A stretch of DNA of 43,788 bases, taken from IMG/VR virus record IMGVR_UViG_3300045988_166023. One strand, written 5' to 3'. This stretch comes from a virus. Below, piece by piece: positions 24,046 to 33,600 of the stretch. The notes beneath the pieces were generated by a model. It was not told the DNA's origin. It did no database searches and saw only the letters and a list, made by a program, of their open reading frames with translations. The position numbers and the translations under genes are program-made. Numbering within the stretch: position 1 is the stretch's first letter; every line of letters starts with the position of its first letter.

Positions 24046-24858
24046 ATGAATAACTTAATGATTTTTGAAGGACATGATGTGGAGGTGTTTGAACTGAATG
24101 GACGGGTGTTATTTAATTCAAAGCACGTTGGAAAATGTTTAGATCTTTCAGAGAGCGCAGTGAGAAATTATCTTGCTCAAATGAATCAGAGGCAGGCAAT
24201 TATAGTTAAAAACTCAGATGTCCGAGATAAGGACATCCGAAAATTGAATAATGCAGGTGAAAAATTTCTTACTGAATCAGGTGTTTATAAACTTGTTTTC
24301 AAGAGTCGTAAGCCAGAAGCAGAAAAATTTAGCGATTGGGTAACGGATGAGGTTCTCCCACAGATTCGCAAAACAGGTTCTTATGAAGCTCCAAAGAAAA
24401 AGAATGGCGGGAAAGAAAAGCTCTCTTCTGTTAATCAGATGGCAAAAAATATCAGTGGTCTGTTAGGTAAAGCTGGTGTGGATGATAAGTTCATTGCAGC
24501 GGAAATTGTAAGGATTTACACAGATAACGGTTATCCGGTTCGTTCTCCGATAATAACAGAAGATAACAAACTTTGGGATTGTACCTCTATCGCAAAAGAA
24601 CTTGGAATCATGTCGATGAACGGAAAGCCGCACGATAAAGCGGTAGCGGCGATCATTCAGAAACTTGATTTGTTTACAGATGAAATTGTTAGAACAGCAT
24701 ATAGCCGAAATGGACACGATGGAATTACCGTGCAGTATAAGGAAAGCGTATTTGCAAAAGTGAGAGAATGGTTAGAAGAAAACGGATATCCTGCAGTGAT
24801 TGAGTATCAGTTGGCAAACGGAAACGTCAACGGCTGCAAGGTTATTTATAATTTTTAA
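24046..24858 (+). CDS. Antirepressor, Bro-N domain with a KilAC-like C-terminus
   Basis: The N-terminus FEGHDVEVFELNGRVLFNSKHVGKCL...SGVYKLVFKSRKPEAEKFSDWVTDEVLPQIRKTGSY matches the Bro-N pattern. Confidence 0.8.
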   Translation: MNNLMIFEGHDVEVFELNGRVLFNSKHVGKCLDLSESAVRNYLAQMNQRQAIIVKNSDVRDKDIRKLNNAGEKFLTESGVYKLVFKSRKPEAEKFSDWVTDEVLPQIRKTGSYEAPKKKNGGKEKLSSVNQMAKNISGLLGKAGVDDKFIAAEIVRIYTDNGYPVRSPIITEDNKLWDCTSIAKELGIMSMNGKPHDKAVAAIIQKLDLFTDEIVRTAYSRNGHDGITVQYKESVFAKVREWLEENGYPAVIEYQLANGNVNGCKVIYNF

Positions 24859-24878
24859 GAAAAGGAAGGTAAAAGAAC

Positions 24879-25454
24879 ATGAAAATGACATTTAAAGAAG
24901 CATTTGAAGCAATGAAACATGGAGCAAAGGTAAAACTTCCGGGATGGAACGGTTACTGGTGTTGGGATGACAAAAAACAGACGATTATGATTCATTGTAG
25001 ACCTAAAGATTCTGATGCAGGGCAGGGAGAAGTCCTTGATATCCGTGAAACACAGAGAGTAGAATATACTTTCATGCACACACAGAGAGACGATTGGACG
25101 ATTGCTGATGAAGAGAATTGTGGTGTTCTCGGCGGTCAGTCAACATTTGGATTTGGAGATGCTATCCGTTATCTGAAAAGAGGACTTAAGGTGGCACGTA
25201 AAGGTTGGAATGGTAAGAAGCAGTACATTCAGCTTGCTACTGGTATTTCTTATAAGACAGCAGATGGAGAAATTGTAAACTGTGAACATGATGCTATCGG
25301 AAACATGGCTATTTCATTTGTCGGAACATCAGGAGTGCAGATGGGATGGCTCGCAAGTCAGGCAGATATACTTGCAGAAGATTGGGTATTTGCAAATTGC
25401 GCCGGCACAATGAAAGGAGAAAGACATGATCATCACAGGAATGGCACACTTTGA
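24879..25454 (+). CDS. Tandem DUF2829-like protein (Tad2-like candidate anti-Thoeris sponge)
   Basis: Two internal repeats. Repeat 1: MTFKEAFEAMKHGAKVKLPGWNG...RDDWTIA. Repeat 2: FGFGDAIRYLKRGLKVARKGWNGKKQYI...WLASQADILAEDWVFA. Confidence 0.65.
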   Translation: MKMTFKEAFEAMKHGAKVKLPGWNGYWCWDDKKQTIMIHCRPKDSDAGQGEVLDIRETQRVEYTFMHTQRDDWTIADEENCGVLGGQSTFGFGDAIRYLKRGLKVARKGWNGKKQYIQLATGISYKTADGEIVNCEHDAIGNMAISFVGTSGVQMGWLASQADILAEDWVFANCAGTMKGERHDHHRNGTL

Positions 25455-25695
25455 ATCAGTGTGCAAAAGAAAATTGGTTGAATGGTATCGCAAAAACAAA
25501 GCGTGTGTAGAGATTGGCCTCAGTAATGTATATATTGTCTGGTCTTGTAAGACATTACAAAATTACAAGTGTCTTGCATCAACAACAATTTCGGGTGACG
25601 GCATCTATGCCGAATATACCTATAACGGAGACAAACAGGAACTTTACGAAGATGTGTATGGAAAATTAACAAATACATGTCACACAGAAGAATAG
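25426..25695 (+). CDS. Small conserved phage protein of unknown function
   Basis: 89 aa. The motif ...VYIVWSCKTLQNYKCLASTT...YAEYTYNGDKQELY recurs in small proteins of Firmicutes phages, from memory. Confidence 0.55.
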   Translation: MIITGMAHFESVCKRKLVEWYRKNKACVEIGLSNVYIVWSCKTLQNYKCLASTTISGDGIYAEYTYNGDKQELYEDVYGKLTNTCHTEE

Positions 25696-25824
25696 GAGGT
25701 GATCCAAATATCTCCCACCAGCAGGGTTAAACTGGATATTGGTCAGCAGATGAGACCTTAAACAGTCGGTTCGTGGCGGTCGGTTACACGCCTAAAACAA
25801 CCTAATACGAAAGGAGCAGGAGAC

Positions 25825-26421
25825 ATGAAAACAGAATTTTTAAAGAGCCTTAATCTTTCGCAGGAAGTAATTGATAAGATTATGGCCGAGAACGGGAAAG
25901 ACATTGCAGTAGAACAGAAAAAAGCAGAAAAAGTTATCCAGGAAAGAGACAGCTATAAGTTAAAGGCAGAATCTCTTGAAACACAGGTAAACGATGCCAA
26001 TACCGAAATCCAGAAGTTTAAAGACATGGATATTGATGGAATTAAAAAAGCAGCGGATGACTGGAAAGAGACGGCAGAAAAGGCAAAGGCCGATGCGGAT
26101 AAACAGATTTCCCAGATGAAATTTGATTATGCATTATCCGCAGCATTAACTGGAGCAAAAGCCAAGAATGCCAAAGCTGTCAAAGCACTTCTCGATATGG
26201 ATGGACTGAAATTCAACGATGGAAAAATTGTTGGACTGGATGAGCAGCTTGCTCAGATTAAGGCAGATAATGATTATCTGTTTGAAAGCGATGAGCCGGC
26301 ACCAGAGTTTGTAAAAGGGACAAACGGTGGTTCTGGCAGTGTCGGAGGAAAGAAACCGAGCGAAATGACATATACCGAATTGTGTGACTATATGGCACAG
26401 AATCCGGGAGCAGAGATTTAA
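25825..26421 (+). CDS. Capsid scaffolding protein (Phage_GP20-like)
   Basis: Coiled-coil, K/E/A-rich, 198 aa, directly upstream of the major capsid gene. AAAGGAG SD. Confidence 0.7.
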   Translation: MKTEFLKSLNLSQEVIDKIMAENGKDIAVEQKKAEKVIQERDSYKLKAESLETQVNDANTEIQKFKDMDIDGIKKAADDWKETAEKAKADADKQISQMKFDYALSAALTGAKAKNAKAVKALLDMDGLKFNDGKIVGLDEQLAQIKADNDYLFESDEPAPEFVKGTNGGSGSVGGKKPSEMTYTELCDYMAQNPGAEI

Positions 26422-26435
26422 AAAAGGAGTAGAAA

Positions 26436-27545
26436 ATGGCAGGAGAGAAATTTGATTCAAAAAGTTTTAATCCTCAGGCTTTTGGAGCCTATACAGAGAG
26501 GATCCCAAACTTAAAGAGAAACGAATTGATTAAATCAAAAGCTTTAAAAGGCAATCAGGATATCAAGCGTACCTTTAATTCTCAGACAGGAACCGTTTAT
26601 GCAGTTCTTCCAATGCATGGACTTATTGGTGGTACTGCACAGAACTATGATGGTGAAACAGACCTTGAATCCGAAGGAACAGAGACATTTGAAAGAGGGG
26701 TTGTCGTTATTGGCCGTATGAAAGGTTGGACAGAGCGTGACTTCTCCGAGGATGTAACAGGCGGTGTCAGTTTCATGGATAATGTAGCGGCACAGGTAAG
26801 CGATTATAAAGCAGACCTTGACCAGTTGACCCTGACAAAGATTTTAACAGGAATCTTTGCAATGACAGGAAAAGATGACAAAGTATTTGTTGATGAACAT
26901 ACTACAGATATTACAGGAGTAACCGCAACGGATAAGGATGGTAATATCAAAAATGTTGTGCAGGCAGATACATTAAATACTGCGATTCAGAAAGCGGCCG
27001 GAGACAATAAGTCTAAATTCACGATGGCTATCATGCATAGTACGGTGGCAACCAATCTTGAAAATCTGAAGCTGTTAAAATACATGACACAGACAGATGC
27101 AAACGGAGTTGAGAGAGAATTAACTCTTGCAACTTGGAATGGCCGCTTAGTTCTGATTGATGATTCTATGCCAACAGAATATGTTCCGGAAAGCGGAGTA
27201 AAAGGACAGAGTGATTATGCTGCAGCATACACGAAATACACAACTTTTGTCCTTGGCGATGGAGCTTTTGACTATGAGGATATTGGGGCAAAAGTACCAT
27301 ATGAAATGTATCGTGACCCAAAGAAACACGGCGGCGAAGATACCCTTTACATGAGACAGAGAAAAGTATTTGCACCTTATGGAATCTCCTTCACAAGAAA
27401 ATCTATGGCAGCAAAATCTCCTACGGACGATGAACTTGCGAACGGAGCAAACTGGGAACTTGTAAACAATGGTAAAGCTGGTTCTACAAAAAAGACAATC
27501 AAACATAAGGCAATCCCGATTGCAAGAATCATTTCGAGAGGATAG
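26436..27545 (+). CDS. Major capsid protein
   Basis: 369 aa, strong SD, follows the scaffold gene. Size and position are typical of HK97-fold capsid proteins. Confidence 0.75.
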   Translation: MAGEKFDSKSFNPQAFGAYTERIPNLKRNELIKSKALKGNQDIKRTFNSQTGTVYAVLPMHGLIGGTAQNYDGETDLESEGTETFERGVVVIGRMKGWTERDFSEDVTGGVSFMDNVAAQVSDYKADLDQLTLTKILTGIFAMTGKDDKVFVDEHTTDITGVTATDKDGNIKNVVQADTLNTAIQKAAGDNKSKFTMAIMHSTVATNLENLKLLKYMTQTDANGVERELTLATWNGRLVLIDDSMPTEYVPESGVKGQSDYAAAYTKYTTFVLGDGAFDYEDIGAKVPYEMYRDPKKHGGEDTLYMRQRKVFAPYGISFTRKSMAAKSPTDDELANGANWELVNNGKAGSTKKTIKHKAIPIARIISRG

Positions 27546-27556
27546 GCGGTGATTTC

Positions 27557-27928
27557 ATGGTAAGATATGCAGATTTTGCATTTTACATGACAGAGTACGG
27601 CGGTAATATTATCCCAAACGAGCAGTTCCAGCGTGTGATCACAAGGGCAAGCACATATATTAAGGCAATTACTTTTTCAAGAGTGGATGAAAACAATATT
27701 CCAGAGGAAGTGAAAGCTGCAGCCTGTGCAGTTGCGGAAGTTATTTATAAAGCTGAAAGCTCTACGGAAGGGGAAAAGAAGTCTGAAACGGTTGGAAAGT
27801 TGTCAGTTTCTTATGTAACAGAACAGGCAGACGGTCAGATTAAAGAAAAAGTTCTTCGTAAAAAACAATATGCTGCATCATATCCTTACCTTGCCACAAC
27901 CGGATTGTTATATAGGGGGTGTTTATGA
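27557..27928 (+). CDS. Head-tail connector (gp6-like)
   Basis: 123 aa, the first gene after the capsid gene. The YADFAFYMTEY... N-terminus resembles connector proteins. Confidence 0.5.
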   Translation: MVRYADFAFYMTEYGGNIIPNEQFQRVITRASTYIKAITFSRVDENNIPEEVKAAACAVAEVIYKAESSTEGEKKSETVGKLSVSYVTEQADGQIKEKVLRKKQYAASYPYLATTGLLYRGCL

Positions 27929-28347
27929 TGATCACTAACGCTTCTGTGACGATTTATAATAAAGTCTATGACAGAGACGAAGGAAGCAATAAATATTACC
28001 GGACAGTACTTGAAGGAGTAAACTGGCAGGATGTAACAAAGGTCCTGCCATCTGATACTGGAGTAGTAAGTGCCGATGTAGCAGAGGTGTATATTCCGTT
28101 TCTGGTTGATACAGAGAAAAAATATTGTTCTCCGGTTAATTTTAATTCAGAGCAGGAAAAGGATAAATTCTTCACACTTGCTCCAGAGGATATTATTGTT
28201 AAAGGGGTTGTCACAGACGAACTTACAAAGCAGAAAGATGTGGAACACCTTAAAGATAAGTATGGCAGCGTAAGGGTAATTGCTGTTATAGAAACTAACG
28301 ATAACGGAAGTCCTACGATGCAACATTGGAAGGTGACAGCAGAATGA
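27925..28347 (+). CDS. Head-closure / neck protein
   Basis: Assigned from position in the neck module. AGGGGGTG SD precedes ATG 27925. Confidence 0.4.
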   Translation: MMITNASVTIYNKVYDRDEGSNKYYRTVLEGVNWQDVTKVLPSDTGVVSADVAEVYIPFLVDTEKKYCSPVNFNSEQEKDKFFTLAPEDIIVKGVVTDELTKQKDVEHLKDKYGSVRVIAVIETNDNGSPTMQHWKVTAE

Positions 28348-28670
28348 GAGTAAAAGTGCATTTAGACTCCGCGAATGTAATATTGGCAAAAAGAAAGCTT
28401 GGAAAAGGTGGGCAGGCACAGAGGTTTATGGTAGCGGAAGTAAGACGTATAACAAATCCTTATGTTCCATTTCTTCATGGAGATTTGATGCGCACAGCTG
28501 TAGAACACGAAGATTCTATTGAATATGTTATGCCTTATGCCAGAAGACAATACCATGAGAACAAAGGGAAAGGTTTAAGAGGAAAGGAATGGGATAAGCG
28601 AATGTGGGCAGACAGAGGGCAGGAGATTACCCAGAGCGTGGCTGATTATATTGGAGGAAAAGCAAAATGA
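28344..28670 (+). CDS. Neck / head-tail joining protein (HK97 gp10-like)
   Basis: ATGA-coupled to its neighbour. Basic, 108 aa. Assigned from position. Confidence 0.45.
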   Translation: MRVKVHLDSANVILAKRKLGKGGQAQRFMVAEVRRITNPYVPFLHGDLMRTAVEHEDSIEYVMPYARRQYHENKGKGLRGKEWDKRMWADRGQEITQSVADYIGGKAK

Positions 28671-29098
28671 TGGTAATGGAAGCGGTACGGGAGATTGTAA
28701 AGAAATGTCCGTATCTTGATGAATATTATAAGAGCCTTTCCGTAGACAGACTTGGAAAGGATAGCACGAGCTATTCGATTGATTCTGTTCCAGGACAGCA
28801 GGTTACCAAGAGAGACATTGCCGGGAATACAACGCGGCAGTGTCTTTTTAATTTTTCCAGTCGGGAGCTGTACACAGAAGAAGTGCGTCAGAATCTTGAT
28901 AATATCGGATTCTATGAACATTTTTCAGACTGGTTAGAAGAGGTATCTGAGGCAGGAGATTTTCCGGAATTGGATGCCGGCAAGACAATAAAAAAAATTG
29001 AAGCAATCACATGCGGTTATGTGTTTGATACGGAACTTGACAAGGCAAAGTATCAGATACAGTGCAGGATTATTTATAAACAGGAGGCTAGAAGATAA
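28667..29098 (+). CDS. Tail-completion / neck protein
   Basis: ATGA-coupled to its neighbour. It immediately precedes the major tail protein. Confidence 0.4.
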   Translation: MMVMEAVREIVKKCPYLDEYYKSLSVDRLGKDSTSYSIDSVPGQQVTKRDIAGNTTRQCLFNFSSRELYTEEVRQNLDNIGFYEHFSDWLEEVSEAGDFPELDAGKTIKKIEAITCGYVFDTELDKAKYQIQCRIIYKQEARR

Positions 29099-29586
29099 TG
29101 GCGAATACAAGTAAAGAAGTAAAACAGAGATACCAGGAAGCGGCATATATCGAAGTTGGAGAAACTTATGAGTTAGCCGGCACAGGTTTTGAAAAATTAG
29201 ATGAAGAGCCGGGGGCACAGACTTCTTCAAAGAAGTATATCAATGATAAATCCTCTACTTCCTCTATTACATCTTATGAAGGAACGCATCCGTTTACAGC
29301 GGACCAGATTCTTTCAGAAAAGGTAATTGAGGATTTTGTATCTATTGGAAAGTTAAGAAAGACGGGAAGAGATGCGGAACGTTCTTTAGTGCGTGTTGAT
29401 TTAGATAAACCAGTAGAATCAAAAGAAAATACTTTTGAGGCAAGGTGTTTTAATACTGCAGTGGAAATTTCCTCTTTTGCAGATAATGACGGAGAACTGC
29501 AGGTAGAAGGTACACTTCACGATAAAGGTGACCCAGTAGAAGGTACATTTAATACGGAAACAAAGACTTTCACACCAAAAGCATAG
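29098..29586 (+). CDS. Major tail protein
   Basis: 162 aa, upstream of the two chaperone-like genes and the TMP. No sheath gene is present, which points to siphovirus morphology. Confidence 0.6.
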   Translation: MANTSKEVKQRYQEAAYIEVGETYELAGTGFEKLDEEPGAQTSSKKYINDKSSTSSITSYEGTHPFTADQILSEKVIEDFVSIGKLRKTGRDAERSLVRVDLDKPVESKENTFEARCFNTAVEISSFADNDGELQVEGTLHDKGDPVEGTFNTETKTFTPKA

Positions 29587-29602
29587 GAAAGGAGAAGGCA
29601 GC

Positions 29603-29950
29603 ATGAATAAGACATTTCAGTGGAATGGAGAGAAGTTTTATTTCTCGGCATTGGAAGCAGAGACAACAAGAAAATTTATTCCCGAAGCAACAAAAACAGC
29701 AAAAGCACTTGAAGACTATGAAAAAGATGTTGTAGGAGTAGGGAATCTTCTTAGTGCGGATGATATTATTGCAGAATGCAAAATTATTGATGCTTTTCTT
29801 GATACTATATTAGGAGAAGGAGCCGCCGAGAAGATGTTTAAAGGATATGACCTGGGAGAACGTGTAGCGGCAACGCAGAAGCTGACACGTTTAAACAACG
29901 CACAGGTTAAAGAATATGGAGAAGCCGCAAGTAAAGGTCTTTTTGCATAA
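29603..29950 (+). CDS. Tail assembly chaperone
   Basis: 115 aa, lying between the major tail protein and the Gp15-like protein/TMP. Confidence 0.55.
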   Translation: MNKTFQWNGEKFYFSALEAETTRKFIPEATKTAKALEDYEKDVVGVGNLLSADDIIAECKIIDAFLDTILGEGAAEKMFKGYDLGERVAATQKLTRLNNAQVKEYGEAASKGLFA

Positions 29951-29952
29951 TT

Positions 29953-30618
29953 ATGAATATCTTAATGGACAAGCCGCCAGAGCAAGTTGAGGTAGATGGA
30001 AAATTATATAAGATAAACTCTGATTTCCGAACTTCGATTCAATTTGAAATATTGATGCAGAAAAAAGAACTTACAGAGAAACAGAAAGAATTTGCAAACG
30101 AGCTTTGTTTGTTGGATAAGGAAATGGACAGAGAGACAGCCGAACTACTTGCAAAGTATAAAGATGGCTTAGAACTTTACTATCCAGAGATTCCGAATGA
30201 CATCAACGGAGCAATCAATGCGATGCTGTGGTTCTATGAATGTGGAAAAGAAAACATTGATAAAAAGAAGTCGAAAAAGTCGGGCAGCGGAAAAAAGATT
30301 TATGATTATAACTATGATGCAGATTATATTTATGCAGCTTTCTTTGAACAATATCATATTGATTTAGCAGAGCAGGAACTTCACTGGTGGAAGTTCTCTG
30401 CTCTTTTTTCTGCTCTTTCTGAGGACTGCATGATAAGCAAGATTATAACGTATCGCGTAATCGATACGAAAGGAATGGAGAAAGAACAGAAAGCATTTTA
30501 CAACCGGATGAAGCGGTTGTACCAACTTCCGGAAGAAATTTCAGAGGAAGAAAGAGAAAGACAGGACAAGATCACGCAGGCACTTCTTGGTGATGGTGAT
30601 CTGACAGGAATTTTATAA
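29953..30618 (+). CDS. Phage Gp15-family protein (tail assembly)
   Basis: The N-terminus ...VEVDGKLYKINSDFRTSIQFEILMQ resembles the Gp15 family. It is directly upstream of the TMP. Confidence 0.6.
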   Translation: MNILMDKPPEQVEVDGKLYKINSDFRTSIQFEILMQKKELTEKQKEFANELCLLDKEMDRETAELLAKYKDGLELYYPEIPNDINGAINAMLWFYECGKENIDKKKSKKSGSGKKIYDYNYDADYIYAAFFEQYHIDLAEQELHWWKFSALFSALSEDCMISKIITYRVIDTKGMEKEQKAFYNRMKRLYQLPEEISEEERERQDKITQALLGDGDLTGIL

Positions 30619-30698
30619 GGGATGGAGCTGCAGCCCTAAGGAACGTGCAGTGTGAACATGGATGACAGACGCAGACGAATTTTATAGGAGGTTTAGTT

Positions 30699-33600
30699 AT
30701 GTCTGCGGATGGACATATTGAGATTGAAGTTGAGCTTAATTCTGAAAAAGCAGAAAAGGAGCTTGATAGTTTAAGCAAAAGCCTTGAAAAAGACACTGCA
30801 CAAGCTGCAAAAAAAGCGGAAAGTTCTGTTAAGCGGTCAGTAAAACAGATAGAAACTTCTGCGAAACAGGCTTCCAAGCAGACAGAAAGCTCTGCGAAAC
30901 AGGCAGGACAGGAAGTAAAAAATACAGCCAGTTCTGCGAGTAAACAGGTGATTGATTCTGCAAAAAAGGCAGAAGAAGAAGTAAAGAAATCAAGTAAAAG
31001 AGTAACAGAAGAAGAGAAAAAACAGTATAAGGAACGGGAAAAGACCAGAGAATCCAGTAAACCAGAGTCGGATCCAAGCAAGCCTTATAAAGAATCTTCT
31101 GAAAAGGCTACACAGTATTGGACGGGTGCCGGCAGCAAGATAAAAAGTATTGTAAGTACGATTACGGCTGCTACTGGTGCTGGAGCAGTTGCCGCCGGCA
31201 CAGCTGCTATTAATGCGGGGAAGTCTTTTGAAGCTGGGATGGGAGAAGTGCAGGCAATCTCTGGTGCTTCCAGAAAAGATTTAGAAGCATTAACGAACAA
31301 GGCGAAAGAAATGGGGGCTACAACAAAGTTCTCTGCTACGCAAGCTTCAGAAGGACTTAAGTATATGGCCATGGCTGGCTGGAATTCACAGCAGATGATA
31401 GATGGTCTTCCTGGTGTCATGAATCTTGCAGCAGCGAGCGGTGAAGATCTCGGAACGGTTTCTGATATTGTGACAGATGCCCTCACAGCTATGGGATTAA
31501 AGGCAAGTGATAGTGCTCACTTTGCGGATGTATTAGCAACAGCGGCAAGCAGTTCTAACACAAATGTGGCAATGATGGGTGAAACATTTAAATATGCGGC
31601 ACCACTTGCTGGAACACTTGGATACAACATAGAAGATTTATCTCAGGCAATCGGATTAATGGCAAATGCAGGAATCAAGGGAAGCCAGTCAGGTACATCT
31701 TTAAGAAGTATACTTACACGCCTTGCAAGCCCTCCATCCGATGCGGCGAAAGCTATGGAAAAGTACGGAATTTCCATTAAAAACTCCGATGGTTCCATGA
31801 AGTCCCTTATGGAAGTGATGGAAAACATGAGGGATTCGCTACAAGGACTTCCGGAAGATGAGAAAGCCGCCGCCGCTTCTGCACTTGGCGGCCAGGAAGC
31901 AATGTCTGGATTGCTTGCAATCATAAATGCAAGCGAGTCAGATTTTGATAATTTATCAAAAGCGATTGATAATGCATCTGGAGCGGCACAGGATCAGGCC
32001 GATATCATGAATGATAACCTACAGGGGGCATTATATGAATTAGGCTCTGCTGCAGAGTCGGCAGGAATTGAATTGTATGATAATATCAAGAATCCTGCTA
32101 AGAAAGCTGTTAGAGCTGCCGCGACAGAAATCCGGAGTTTATCGACCACGATAAAAGACAACGGCATTGAAGCGATTATCCCAGAAGAAACGATTACGAC
32201 TGTGAAAAACTTAGGTACTACTGCAAAGGCTGTTGGTGCTGGTGGTTTAAAAGTTCTTGGAGGAGCAGCGCAGTTTGCCGGTGAAAATATTCAGACTGTA
32301 CTTCCAGTAGCAGCTAGCTTGTTGACGGTTGTTAAGGGGTATACGGTCGTAAAGACGATTTCTACTGCTTTTGCGGAGACGCAAGTTGCTATGGCTGGCG
32401 CAAGCACGGGAATGACGATTCTTGGAACAGTTGTGAAGTTGTTCACAGGAGAAGCATTGGCAGCCACTACAGCAACAGGGCTTCTTTCTGGAGCGATTGG
32501 TGTATTGGCGAATCCTATTGCATTAGCAGTTGTTGCCGGTGGAGCATTAACGGCCGGAATGGTTGCTTATACTTTAACACAGAAAAAAAGTACAACTGAA
32601 GCAGATAAGTTTGCACAGTCTTGCAAGAAATTGAAAAAGGAACAGGATGAAGTAGCAAGTTCTATTCGTTCCATGCATAAAGATAATGCGAAAAATGTCA
32701 ATGATGTAAAGACCCAAGGAGTTCAGGCAGATAATCTTCTCTCTAAATTGAAGAGTCTGATTGGTGTACAGGAAAAGGATGCTGGAACAAAACAGCAGAT
32801 AAAAAGTACAGTACAGCAGTTAAATGATATCTTACCGGATTTGAATTTACAATATGACGAGCAGAAAGATAAGCTGAATCAATCCACTGCGGCAATCAAA
32901 AGAAACATTCAAGCTTTAAAAGAGCAGGCAATGGCAAAGGCATATCAGTCAGGAATGGAAAGTGCAGCAGAAAAAGTTGCAGAGGCTGAGGTAGCTAATC
33001 AGAATGCGACAGAGAAGTATACGGAAGCACTTGAAAAGAAGAATGCAGCGCAAGAAAAATTTGATAAGCTTGAAAAAGAAAAGGGACTTGGAAGTGGAAA
33101 TAAAGAGTTAGCTAAAGCCGCAGAAGATTTAATGAAATATGAGAAGAGCCTGCAAACAACAGAGAAAGCTCTTGATAAATCAGAAAAGAATCTTAATGCA
33201 GCCAACAAAGAACTCACAACATATTCTGATAAATTTACAACTCAGACAAATTATAGTGATTTTCTTTCTAATTTAGACAAACTTGCGAAAGATGCCGGAA
33301 TAAAAGCAAAGAAAATTCCAGAGACAGTATTAGAAAACATTAAAGCCGGAAACTATAAAGCTCCAACTACGGGGGAAGACTTAAAAAGGCTTATTAATCT
33401 TGACGGATTAATTCAACAGGCACAGGAAGCCGGAGTGGAAATTCCTCAGTATTTATTGCAGGGTATTTCAGATGGCTCGATAAACTTCCAATCAGCGATT
33501 AATCAGATGAACACGCTTCTGGATTTTAGCAGTGCAGCAGAAAAAGCTGGCATTTCTGGAAAAGAAATTCCGGAAGAACTAGCTCAAAGCATCATGCAAG

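Noticed and set aside
29603-30618. A programmed -1 frameshift (gpG/gpGT-type) between the two genes upstream of the tape measure
   Set aside because: The second ORF has its own ATG two nucleotides after the first stop, and I found no slippery heptamer in an overlap. There is no sequence support for a fusion product.
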